Virus record (IMG/VR): IMGVR_UViG_3300017598_000616
Span: 1-36,825 of that record
Direction: 5' to 3' (one strand)
Length of the DNA: 36,825 nucleotides
Source: a virus
In this document: positions 1 to 7,610 of the stretch, in pieces
Numbering within the stretch: the first letter of the stretch is position 1
How the letters are laid out: the number at the start of each line of letters is the position of its first letter
Notes under the pieces: model-generated
Told to the model about the DNA's origin: nothing
What the model saw: only the letters and a program-made list of their open reading frames with translations
Databases searched by the model: none
Translations under genes and position numbers: made by a program

Positions 1-121
1 CATCTTTATCTTGGAAAGTATGATTAATAGATCCTGCAGTATTTGGATACTGAGATCTAGTATTCTCTCTAGATGAAACATAAGAATAATTTTCAAAAGC
101 AAAAGCTTCTTCCTTTAATTC
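1..121. repeat. Left copy of the 121-bp direct terminal repeat (identical to 36705..36825)
   Basis: Base-by-base comparison: catctttatcttggaaagtatgattaatag...cttcctttaattc occurs at both window ends. Confidence 0.95.
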
Positions 122-166
122 TTTCTTTTTAATGTAATTTGGAGTTTCTAATAATTGCATACTCAT
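1..166 (-). CDS. N-terminal part of the junction-spanning ORF. It joins 36478..36704 on circularisation to give a hypothetical protein of about 130 aa.
   Basis: ATG at 166..164 with AAGGA about 9 nt upstream. The frame is open to position 1 and continues in frame at 36704 (…QDKDGKKFIISGDTVMNRIVEDE…). The N-terminus reads MSMQLLETPNYIKKKELKEEAFAFENYSY. Confidence 0.6.
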   Translation of the reverse strand, partial: MSMQLLETPNYIKKKELKEEAFAFENYSYVSSRENTRSQYPNTAGSINHTFQDKD

Positions 167-238
167 ATAGTATTCCTTCATTCAGTCTAGGATAATCCCT
201 AGATCTTTTTTCGTTATTCAAAATTTTTAATACAATAT

Positions 239-919
239 TTACTTCTTCAGATTATGTCTATTAAAAATATGGCCAGGCCCAAAATATTCTAAGAAATTCT
301 TTCTATATGGAATAAATCTAGCTAGATAGCTTCCAATATCTTTAAGCTGAAGATAGAGAAGATTTTGCTCTCCTGCTGATCCTCTAAAGATAATGGAGAT
401 AGCATATAAGTAAAATGAGAAAAATTCTAAAGGCTTAATAGGATAATTCTTCATCTTCTTAATGTAGTATCTATCATGCCAGAAGATCCTCATAGCTATA
501 GGATAGACTTCTAGTATTGGATCTTCTCTATCCCAGAAGTAATTCCTATGCTTATCTCTTATTTTCCATAGAGTCTTTATTGAATCCAACATAGGGATAT
601 GTCTAAGCATACTATGATTATACATACACCAACTATTGAGGATTAATTTAGTATGAATAGGGAGGCCTAGACTAGTCATTCCTATGATCTCATCTCTAGA
701 AATTGGAGGAAGCTCTTTATCTGGTAGCCTATAGATAGTATATAATCCTACTTGTCTGCAGCATTGATAGTATAGAGGCTTAAAATCTTCTGGCTCATAT
801 TCAAGGCCTAGAGCATACTTAGATATCGCTGTATAAATCCAGCCATTATTAGATCTAGGCTCTCTATCTATACAAGGCTTATCATGAAATAGCCCAAATT
901 TACACTGATAATCATCCAT
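239..919 (-). CDS. Hypothetical protein, 226 aa, early/replication arm
   Basis: Long ORF with an AGGGAGA Shine-Dalgarno before the ATG. No motif recognised by eye. Contains one GGCCWGGCC copy. Confidence 0.8.
   Translation of the reverse strand: MDDYQCKFGLFHDKPCIDREPRSNNGWIYTAISKYALGLEYEPEDFKPLYYQCCRQVGLYTIYRLPDKELPPISRDEIIGMTSLGLPIHTKLILNSWCMYNHSMLRHIPMLDSIKTLWKIRDKHRNYFWDREDPILEVYPIAMRIFWHDRYYIKKMKNYPIKPLEFFSFYLYAISIIFRGSAGEQNLLYLQLKDIGSYLARFIPYRKNFLEYFGPGHIFNRHNLKK
271..279. repeat. GGCCWGGCC iterated palindrome copy (GGCCAGGCC)
   Basis: Exact match read from the sequence. Coded as GG-CCT-GGC-C (Pro-Gly) on the minus strand. Confidence 0.95.
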
Positions 920-995
920 TAGGATCTCCCTGCATTGTAAAAAAATCTACATATTAATAAGACTAATATTATATATCCAATTACTCCCAGCCAGA

Positions 996-1235
996 TCATT
1001 TTTTTCTATCCTGTGCATTTTTTACCGATGCAGTATATTCGATTAATCCAGATCTTAATCTTTTTAATCTTGTAGTATATTTTCCTAGCTCATTGCTTAC
1101 AAAAAATGGCCTGCCAGCAGTATAGGTAGCATGAGCATTATCTTTAAATTTCTCTCTTTGAAATTCTATATTCTTAATCTCATAGAAGATATCCCATTGC
1201 TTTTTATCAAATCCTGCTGTATTTATCTCCATCAT
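996..1235 (-). CDS. Hypothetical protein, about 79 aa
   Basis: The track ORF is 996..1262. I prefer the ATG at 1235 because it overlaps the upstream stop as ATGA (translational coupling). No recognisable motif. Confidence 0.65.
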   Translation of the reverse strand: MMEINTAGFDKKQWDIFYEIKNIEFQREKFKDNAHATYTAGRPFFVSNELGKYTTRLKRLRSGLIEYTASVKNAQDRKK

Positions 1236-1822
1236 GATATGGCCCTTTCTTCCCACTTGCATATCTTCCTAAGTCCCAGCCATCTCCAGTCTCTTCTGCA
1301 TACTTTTACTCTGGCAGTCTGTAGATTGAATAGCTTCTTATATGCAGCAACGTAAGCTTTATTAAATTGATAGCAAATAGATGAAGGCCTTTCATCACTC
1401 ATAAAGAAATCATGAGAAAATCCCATTAAGTGGCCATATTCATGCAGGATATTAGAGCCAATATTCATGGTATGCCTTTTATCAAAATATTTAGTATTTA
1501 CTCTAATGATTCTATCTACCTTAGGCTTTGTATATCCTATAACTTTCTTCCAAGTATAGTAGTCATCTACAAAGATATCTAGCTCATGATCCATCTGGGG
1601 CTCATGTATATCTGCTCCATGCATGATCATATTATATACCTCAGAATTAGTGAGATTTTTATACTTAGATCTCTCCCCTTTGAAGGGCTTAAGCTTTAGG
1701 ATCTGATCTCTAAAGATAGATGAGTTAATTACTGTATGCATCTCTAAGGATACTTGGCCCATCTTATCTCTTCTAATCTCATTATCCATTCTAGTAGCAT
1801 CTAATTTGATAGTAGTAATCAT
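1232..1822 (-). CDS. Zinc metallopeptidase with the metzincin-type motif HExxHxxGxxH(D)
   Basis: HEYGHLMGFSHD at aa 127-138 (nt 1409..1444) matches the extended HEXXHXXGXXH/D zinc-binding consensus. The ORF is coupled to both neighbours by 4-nt overlaps. Confidence 0.75.
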   Translation of the reverse strand: MITTIKLDATRMDNEIRRDKMGQVSLEMHTVINSSIFRDQILKLKPFKGERSKYKNLTNSEVYNMIMHGADIHEPQMDHELDIFVDDYYTWKKVIGYTKPKVDRIIRVNTKYFDKRHTMNIGSNILHEYGHLMGFSHDFFMSDERPSSICYQFNKAYVAAYKKLFNLQTARVKVCRRDWRWLGLRKICKWEERAIS

Positions 1823-2121
1823 TGCTTCATCCTCCTAGCAGCTTCTACTGCAAAATAATCTACTATAGTCCTTTCAGTATTAGGATTCCTATTTTTATCT
1901 TCCATCATTGCATTAAAAGCTAATGCAGCTAATGAAAAAGAGTGTAGATAAAAAGAAGATAAGACAGTATTGGCAGCAAATTTCTCAGCCCCTTCTGTAT
2001 CATCTTCCTTTACTTTCTTCTCCAGTACCTTATTAATACTGGCCATATCTCTTCTAATAAAATCCAGCTCTTTAATATTATTCTGAGCTACTGCCATCAA
2101 TCTCTGATCCATCATCCTCAT
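1819..2121 (-). CDS. Hypothetical helical protein, about 98-100 aa
   Basis: ORF with several in-frame ATGs at the 5' end. GAGGAG precedes the third of them. No motif recognised. Confidence 0.65.
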   Translation of the reverse strand: MRMMDQRLMAVAQNNIKELDFIRRDMASINKVLEKKVKEDDTEGAEKFAANTVLSSFYLHSFSLAALAFNAMMEDKNRNPNTERTIVDYFAVEAARRMKQ

Positions 2122-2212
2122 TCTCCTCTATTTCATCCTCATCATTATCATAAGGATCATAATTTTTATTATATTCTTCTTCTGCTTTCTCAAAATTTTT
2201 GGGCCAATTCAT
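2078..2212 (-). CDS. Small, highly acidic protein, 44 aa (below the track cutoff)
   Basis: My translation is MNWPKNFEKAEEEYNKNYDPYDNDEDEIEENEDDGSEIDGSSSE. Its ATG overlaps the upstream stop as ATGA. Its 3' end overlaps the start of 1819..2121. Confidence 0.45.
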   Translation of the reverse strand: MNWPKNFEKAEEEYNKNYDPYDNDEDEIEENEDDGSEIDGSSSE

Positions 2213-2346
2213 AGCTCCCCTATTAGTATATAATTATCAGGTATCATATCCATCTCTAAAGCAAAAAAGTATCCATCTAGAAATACATTGCATCCCAGCT
2301 CATCCTCAATTGCATCATACCAAACTAAAGTCACTCTACTACTCAT
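2209..2346 (-). CDS. Small hypothetical protein, 45 aa (below the track cutoff)
   Basis: My translation is MSSRVTLVWYDAIEDELGCNVFLDGYFFALEMDMIPDNYILIGEL. ATGA overlaps with the methyltransferase stop and with the next ORF start fill the gap 2213..2342 exactly. Confidence 0.5.
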   Translation of the reverse strand: MSSRVTLVWYDAIEDELGCNVFLDGYFFALEMDMIPDNYILIGEL

Positions 2347-3185
2347 AATTTCATCCCCTTTAATATGTGAGCTATTACATCTACTGTCCAGCCATTGCCT
2401 AGCATCCTATATCTCTGATGATCTGATACTCCAGCAGTATAATCTTCTGGCACAGTCTGTAGAAATTCACATTCATTAGGAGTCAATTTTCTAAGCTTAC
2501 AAGCATTATCTAGTATCATAGATTTAGATGAGAAAGTACTGCAGCCATCCCCAGTAAGGAGAGTATTAGACTTTCCATCCATATAAGCTCTACTCTCTAC
2601 ATAAGAGGCCTGGCCTTTAGGGTATCTAGTAGATCTGCTCCATCTTACTATATTCTTCATCTTAATATCTAAATCTTCTGGCTGCTCTACAGGTATATTA
2701 GTCCAGTAAAGCCTTCTTCTATTTTGAGCAGATACTAAGGATGAATTTATCTCTATAGGCTCTACTCCAAGATGCTCAGTGATTATATCTTCAGAAGCTT
2801 TCTTCATTTTTACATTCTCTAATAAGAAATATTTAGGCTTAACTTCTTTTAATATTCTTACATATTCAAAAAATAATTTGGATCTAGGATCTTCAAAATC
2901 TAATTGCTTTCCTAGGAAGCTGAATCCTTGGCAGGGACTTCCTCCCAAAAGTAGATCTATCTTAGGTAGTATTAATGTAGATACTCCTTTCTCATGATCT
3001 ACATACATCTTCTGGCCTACTTCTTTCACATCTCCTAGAAGTAGAGTATTAGGAAAATTCTTAGCAGCTATTTCTATAGAGTGCCTATCTATCTCAGAGG
3101 CCATATAGAATCCCACTGGGATTCCAAGCTTCTTAAGTGCTATTTGGCCACAACTCATGCCATCAAATAATGATAATACATTCAT
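2343..3185 (-). CDS. DNA (cytosine-5)-methyltransferase, orphan (no restriction enzyme partner seen)
   Basis: C5-MTase motifs appear in order: I LFDGMSCG, IV GGSPCQGFS (catalytic PCQ), VI LLENV, VIII QNRRRLYW, X LGNGWTV. Confidence 0.9.
   Translation of the reverse strand: MNVLSLFDGMSCGQIALKKLGIPVGFYMASEIDRHSIEIAAKNFPNTLLLGDVKEVGQKMYVDHEKGVSTLILPKIDLLLGGSPCQGFSFLGKQLDFEDPRSKLFFEYVRILKEVKPKYFLLENVKMKKASEDIITEHLGVEPIEINSSLVSAQNRRRLYWTNIPVEQPEDLDIKMKNIVRWSRSTRYPKGQASYVESRAYMDGKSNTLLTGDGCSTFSSKSMILDNACKLRKLTPNECEFLQTVPEDYTAGVSDHQRYRMLGNGWTVDVIAHILKGMKL
2607..2615. repeat. GGCCWGGCC copy (GGCCTGGCC) inside the methyltransferase gene
   Basis: Exact match. Coded as GGC-CAG-GCC (Gly-Gln-Ala) on the minus strand. 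Confidence 0.95.
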
Positions 3186-5260
3186 TAAGCCTCCATATAT
3201 TTCTTAAATTTTTCATACTCTTTCTCTGATCTTTCATCTATGTAGATATTCTGCATTTTACACTCCATCCCTGCAGGAGTAGTGAGATATCCATCCTCAT
3301 AGTCTGGACTCCAGATATTAGCATCTAGCCTTATGAGATCTGCTCCTTCCTTATCATCAAAATAATGGATAAAAGCTTCCCTCATCTCTTTAGCAAAAGT
3401 ATCTATAAGGGCATGATTATCTGAGGGATACTCTATGTAAAGAGCATCATGCAAGGGCATTATAACTTTTAATTTTTCTTGCTGACATAATTGAATAGCT
3501 TTCCTTAAAATGCAGCCGCCAAATCCCTGAATAGGATTATTAGATACTGATCTCTTATTCCTATTATCTCCAAAAGTGATAAAGCCATCTGGCATCTTAT
3601 GAAATCCCCTCAGGCTATAATCAAATCTGATATCTTCTATCCATTCAGCATACTTAGGATAAGCCCCCATGAATTTATTAATTAGATCCTGAGCATCTTT
3701 TTTAGTATGAGGCTTTCCAGTATCATCTGTAAGCTTCCTAGCTAATGCTTCAGCTCCCATAGAGTATGAGATTCCTAATGTAGTGGCCTTAAATACATTC
3801 CTTTCTATTTTATAATCTTCTTTCTTCCCTTCCCAAGGTACTGCTCCAGCCAGCTTAGCGAAATAGAGATATACATCTCCAGATTTATAAGCCTCTATCA
3901 TATTTTTATCACCACTTACTAGGGCCGATATTAAAAACTCCTGAGAGCCATAATCAATTCCACAAATAGCGTGGCCAGGCCTGGCCTGAATGAGACTCCT
4001 CATCCAAGATGCTTTTAATGGCAAGTACCCTGTACTTTTGGGCTGAAAGCGGCCCGTAGAAGATCCATATGGATTTAAATAAGATCTCACTCTCCCATCT
4101 TCTCCTAGAGAATCAAAGAAAGTGGCCTTATTTTTAGCATTTTTAGCTTTTGGAAGGAATCCATTTAAAGATTGTTTAGTCTTAAGATACCTAAGCATCT
4201 GAGCCCCTACATTATTCCTAGGAAAATCATGCCTATATGAGAAATGCTTCTCCCATGCTTCCAGAGATAAGCTCCAATCTCCTTCAGGCTTAGTCTTAGA
4301 AGGTAGAGTCCTGAGCCAATTATCTTTATATTTAGATTTCTCTATCCACTCTTTTAGTGGCTTTTGAAACATAGAATATCTCTGGAGATTCTTATTCCAT
4401 CTGAAGAATTTTATATCCTCATCAAATTGACTATTTATATCTTCTGATAATTCTTTTAGTAGATCCTTTACTGATCCAGCAAATTTCTTCACTTTAGCTA
4501 CTTCTACTGGATATCCTGTAGCTTGCATTAAAGCAGTCCTAGCAGCAGATTCCCCTCTATAAAGTACTTCTTCAGGAGTTACATCTATAGGCTTATTTGC
4601 TTTAAATTCTAAATCAAGGGCTTCCATCTCTTCTCGAGTATATTCATATGCTCTCTTAAAATAGTCTTTATATTCTGCTTTTATAACTTTCCAGCAAGGT
4701 ACTAAGTGGACTATATCTGAGGTACAGTACTCAATTATTTGCTTCTTATTTATTAATATCTTCTCAGCATTATTGGATATGATTAGATCCCTCATCTCAT
4801 TCTTATGATCAGTATCTATCTTAATCCCTAGTATTTTATATAGGCAGCCAGCCAGATTCTTAGGAGGCTTAGAATTATTTACTCCAGCATCAGATCCATA
4901 TGCAGGAGGAGTAGTAAATACTTCCCTCCCCTCTATAAGCTGCTTTCCATACATGAACTTATGATTATGATTAGTGAGCATCTTCCACTCTACGGCAAGA
5001 TCCAGCCAATTACACTTAGTAGGATCTATCCCTAGGCTGATAAAAGCGTGGCCTTCAGCTACTACATTATAAGATACAAAGATATAGCCAGCTTCTCTTA
5101 GATCTAATAGATGTACTTTAAGATCCTCCATTCTTTTGGGGGAATTATAAAGCCAATACTCAAATTTTTCTCCATTCACCGCAAATGAGCAGCATACTAG
5201 ATTTAGCTTTCTTTCAGCAGTAGTATTATATTCAAAATCTATAGGGACTAATTTAGACAT
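3185..5260 (-). CDS. Family A DNA polymerase with an N-terminal 3'-5' exonuclease domain
   Basis: Exonuclease motifs: IDFEY, YNVVAEGHAF, YCTSDIVHL. Polymerase motifs: A GIDYGSQEF, B RNVFKATTLGISYSMG, C PLHDALYIE. TAATG overlaps on both sides. Confidence 0.9.
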   Translation of the reverse strand: MSKLVPIDFEYNTTAERKLNLVCCSFAVNGEKFEYWLYNSPKRMEDLKVHLLDLREAGYIFVSYNVVAEGHAFISLGIDPTKCNWLDLAVEWKMLTNHNHKFMYGKQLIEGREVFTTPPAYGSDAGVNNSKPPKNLAGCLYKILGIKIDTDHKNEMRDLIISNNAEKILINKKQIIEYCTSDIVHLVPCWKVIKAEYKDYFKRAYEYTREEMEALDLEFKANKPIDVTPEEVLYRGESAARTALMQATGYPVEVAKVKKFAGSVKDLLKELSEDINSQFDEDIKFFRWNKNLQRYSMFQKPLKEWIEKSKYKDNWLRTLPSKTKPEGDWSLSLEAWEKHFSYRHDFPRNNVGAQMLRYLKTKQSLNGFLPKAKNAKNKATFFDSLGEDGRVRSYLNPYGSSTGRFQPKSTGYLPLKASWMRSLIQARPGHAICGIDYGSQEFLISALVSGDKNMIEAYKSGDVYLYFAKLAGAVPWEGKKEDYKIERNVFKATTLGISYSMGAEALARKLTDDTGKPHTKKDAQDLINKFMGAYPKYAEWIEDIRFDYSLRGFHKMPDGFITFGDNRNKRSVSNNPIQGFGGCILRKAIQLCQQEKLKVIMPLHDALYIEYPSDNHALIDTFAKEMREAFIHYFDDKEGADLIRLDANIWSPDYEDGYLTTPAGMECKMQNIYIDERSEKEYEKFKKYMEA
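3973..3986. repeat. Double (overlapping) GGCCWGGCC: GGCCAGGCCTGGCC
   Basis: Exact match. Three GGCC units separated by A and T, inside PolA (…IQARPGHAI…). Confidence 0.95.
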
Positions 5261-6789
5261 TATAGATCTCCTTTATCCAGAGGATGATCCTCCTTTACTG
5301 GAGGGAGAAGCTTCTCATTTATTTTGATCTTTGATTTTCCATCAATAGTGACTATTTTGCCAATACTTTCCCCATTCCATGTAAAATTTTTAAGAAAATC
5401 ATCTACTTTAGTATTATGCTTAGGGAATAGAGAGATCTCTTCTTTACAAGTCTTAAGAGATACATGAGGAGTCTGGCTGATAAGGATATAATTATATAAT
5501 AGATCTTGCTGCCATCCATATAATGAGGATAATACTAGGGACTTAAATTTCTCCCCTTTGTATTCTACATGAGGATTAAAATCTTGATTTATTTTATCTT
5601 CTAGATAGTTGAGAAATCCCTGCTTAAATTCTTCAGTTTCAATATATCCCCATAGAAATTGAGTATCTTCTAGGCCTAGTCTCTTCTCGAGTCTATCTTC
5701 TGATAACTCCATAACTGAGAATTTTCTATCTAGCTGCTCGAGATGTACATCTGAATCATTATTAGTAGCTATGATACATGAGCAGAAGATCCCTTTATTC
5801 TTAGCATCTACTCCCTTAGTCTCAATAGGTACATACTCATTGGCCCATTCTTTTAACTTATTCTTCCTAGTAGTAGCTCCTTCTCTCCCTGCTGAGAATT
5901 TACATTCATCATAATAAAGGAGAGTACAGTCTAAGAGATGGCCATTAAATTTAGTATCTAATGCTGATGCAGGGGCTTTAGTATAATTAGTAGGCCCATG
6001 GATATTCTTTAAGGCTTCGGCCAGTAAGTTTTTACCAATTCCCCCAGCTCCTACTAATACAAGATAAGTAGGAATCCTTTTAAAGCAGCTCCAATAGAGC
6101 CAATTATATGCATAATCCCTGCAGCTATCTAGGAAGAATCCTTCTAAAAATTCAATAAATCTGGGATCTAATTTAGCAGATCTATCTCTATCCATCCTAT
6201 ATTTAGGAGGTATAAACTTATTAAATATAGTCCTTTTATTATGATCCCCCTGAATATCTTTATAAGCTATTGTGGATCTGGGATCATACTCAAATAATCC
6301 ACAGTGGCCCATCTCTCTTACTAGAGCTACATGCTTCTGACCTACTATTCTCTCCCATGATTTCTCTTCTAAAGTAGAAAGCCTTCCAGTAGTTTTATCT
6401 ACCATTAAAGCAGATCCTTTAGGATGCTCCATATCTACTACTGGGATGAAAGATAGATACTCATCTTTCTCGGTATGTACATCTAGATCCTCCCCAAATT
6501 CAGCAGACTTAGTAGCATTTATATGGGCCAATATCTCATCTTTTACAGTAGGGATAATATTTGTAAGCTGCTCTACTATCTCAGTATCAGATAATAGTAA
6601 AAAGGGCTCATGTACATTCTTTAGCATCTTCCTATCTGAGAAGAATCTCTTAAATACTCTTTTTACAAGCCCATTGCCTGAGAAGGAGAAATCATCAATC
6701 TTCAGACTGCCATTAGAATTTATTCCAACTGCGTAGCTTTCTACTAAATGATCAGTGATTTTTTTAGACAATAAAAACTCTTCTTTCAT
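5260..6789 (-). CDS. Primase-helicase-like replication protein with a C-terminal SF3 (D5/P4-type) NTPase
   Basis: Walker A VLVGAGGIGKN (atypical Asn after the Lys), Walker B TLLYYDECKF, motif C IIATNND. First gene of the leftward operon, with AGGAGAAAGT before the ATG. No primase motif recognised in the N-terminal half. Confidence 0.8.
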   Translation of the reverse strand: MKEEFLLSKKITDHLVESYAVGINSNGSLKIDDFSFSGNGLVKRVFKRFFSDRKMLKNVHEPFLLLSDTEIVEQLTNIIPTVKDEILAHINATKSAEFGEDLDVHTEKDEYLSFIPVVDMEHPKGSALMVDKTTGRLSTLEEKSWERIVGQKHVALVREMGHCGLFEYDPRSTIAYKDIQGDHNKRTIFNKFIPPKYRMDRDRSAKLDPRFIEFLEGFFLDSCRDYAYNWLYWSCFKRIPTYLVLVGAGGIGKNLLAEALKNIHGPTNYTKAPASALDTKFNGHLLDCTLLYYDECKFSAGREGATTRKNKLKEWANEYVPIETKGVDAKNKGIFCSCIIATNNDSDVHLEQLDRKFSVMELSEDRLEKRLGLEDTQFLWGYIETEEFKQGFLNYLEDKINQDFNPHVEYKGEKFKSLVLSSLYGWQQDLLYNYILISQTPHVSLKTCKEEISLFPKHNTKVDDFLKNFTWNGESIGKIVTIDGKSKIKINEKLLPPVKEDHPLDKGDL

Positions 6790-6879
6790 ACTTTCTCCTA
6801 TTCCATAAATAGCTGCATTTTAACTCAGCCATCTAGCCCATGGGGAGAGAATAGAAAGAAGAGTCTTTAGGAGATAGAC

Positions 6880-6906
6880 ATTATAAAATCAGAGTGATTA
6901 AGTCAA
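6880..6906 (-). promoter_or_regulatory. Candidate sigma70-type leftward promoter (TTGACT-15 nt-TATAAT)
   Basis: The reverse complement of 6880..6906 reads TTGACTtaatcactctgatttTATAAT, about 90 nt upstream of the 6789 start. The spacer is short (15 nt). Confidence 0.45.
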
Positions 6907-6979
6907 TAAGTATGAATTATTTATAATAGGTTCGGATATTCTATGTGAGTTATACTAATTAAACTACTATTTTAAAAGC

Positions 6980-7001
6980 AGTACTACTACTTAGTAGTAC
7001 T
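6980..7001. promoter_or_regulatory. Perfect 10-bp inverted repeat AGTACTACTA-ct-TAGTAGTACT in the divergent control region (operator or origin candidate)
   Basis: Read directly from the sequence. Flanked by AAAA on the left and TTT on the right. Lies between the divergent first genes of the two arms. Confidence 0.6.
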
Positions 7002-7050
7002 TTTGAAAGTGATTTTGGAAGTAACAACTGATTAGGGCCACTGTGCAATA

Positions 7051-7059
7051 TGTTATAAT
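7051..7059 (+). promoter_or_regulatory. Candidate extended -10 promoter element TGTTATAAT (rightward)
   Basis: Exact TGnTATAAT. Only a weak -35 (ttaggg) lies upstream. Confidence 0.4.
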
Positions 7060-7130
7060 TAAAAAAGCCCCAATTCTGAGGCTATTAATTACTTTTGATG
7101 CAGAAAATTGTGAAATCTTAGTCATAATTC

Positions 7131-7159
7131 AATATCTACTATCATTCTCACTTAGTCAA
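7131..7159 (-). promoter_or_regulatory. Candidate second leftward promoter (TTGACT-17 nt-GATATT)
   Basis: The reverse complement reads TTGACTaagtgagaatgatagtaGATATT. It would fire towards the rightward element at 7051 (face-to-face geometry). Confidence 0.3.
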
Positions 7160-7186
7160 TATTTATAAATAAACTATTCTACTCCT

Positions 7187-7216
7187 TTGATATAGCAAAT
7201 CAGGATATGTGATAAT
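7187..7216 (+). promoter_or_regulatory. Candidate rightward promoter (TTGATA-18 nt-GATAAT with upstream TG)
   Basis: TTGATAtagcaaatcaggatatgtGATAAT lies about 20 nt upstream of the GGGGAG Shine-Dalgarno of the 7239 gene. Confidence 0.4.
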
Positions 7217-7238
7217 GGATATACAGGGGAGATGATAC

Positions 7239-7610
7239 ATGGAAGTAAAATCAGTACAGATATTAGGCCAGAAGTATAAAGTAACTATCAAGACACCTAA
7301 GGGAGTGGATAAAGATCTCCTAGATCAGTTATATGGATATATAGATAAAGAGAAAGAGTATATCTGGATAAATGAGAAATTAAATAATGAGCATTTTTAT
7401 AGGACTCTATTTCATGAGATGGGCCATGGAGTATTCTATAGGAATGGAATCAATTTCAGTGGGATGATACCTAGTGAATTAGAAGAGATAATTGTAGAGA
7501 CTTTTGCATCAATGCAGTATGAATTTATGAGAGATTATCTCAAGGGGCTATTAAAATATGAGGATAATATACTTCGGGGGAAGATATCAGCCTTCACTAG
7601 AGGCAAGTAA
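7239..7610 (+). CDS. HExxH zinc-peptidase-motif protein (ImmA/IrrE- or SprT-like?), first gene of the rightward arm
   Basis: LFHEMGHGVFY motif, with a GGGGAG Shine-Dalgarno. The family cannot be assigned without a profile search. Confidence 0.6.
   Translation: MEVKSVQILGQKYKVTIKTPKGVDKDLLDQLYGYIDKEKEYIWINEKLNNEHFYRTLFHEMGHGVFYRNGINFSGMIPSELEEIIVETFASMQYEFMRDYLKGLLKYEDNILRGKISAFTRGK

Noticed and set aside
1131-1355. Track ORF, 74 aa, on the plus strand
   Set aside because: It lies antisense to two well-supported minus-strand genes. It has a hydrophobic, low-complexity translation, no ribosome-binding site and no operon context.
2288-2479. Track ORF, 63 aa, on the plus strand
   Set aside because: It lies antisense to the 3' end of the methyltransferase gene and the coupled mini-ORF. 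Its Ser/Leu-rich translation is typical of a shadow ORF.
2779-2997. Track ORF, 72 aa, on the plus strand
   Set aside because: It lies entirely antisense within the motif-supported C5-methyltransferase gene.
6446-6736. Track ORF, 96 aa, on the plus strand
   Set aside because: It lies antisense within the primase-helicase gene. Its Ser-rich translation is typical of a shadow ORF, and it has no Shine-Dalgarno.
6980-7001. The perfect palindrome, read as a bidirectional intrinsic terminator
   Set aside because: It sits between divergently transcribed first genes, where nothing needs terminating, and the stem is AT-rich. An operator or origin role is more plausible, so it is kept as a regulatory candidate.
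7098-7121. Seven-codon mini-ORF (MQKIVKS) in the rightward leader, considered as a leader peptide
   Set aside because: It has no Shine-Dalgarno and no associated attenuator structure. An ORF this short is expected by chance in AT-rich sequence.
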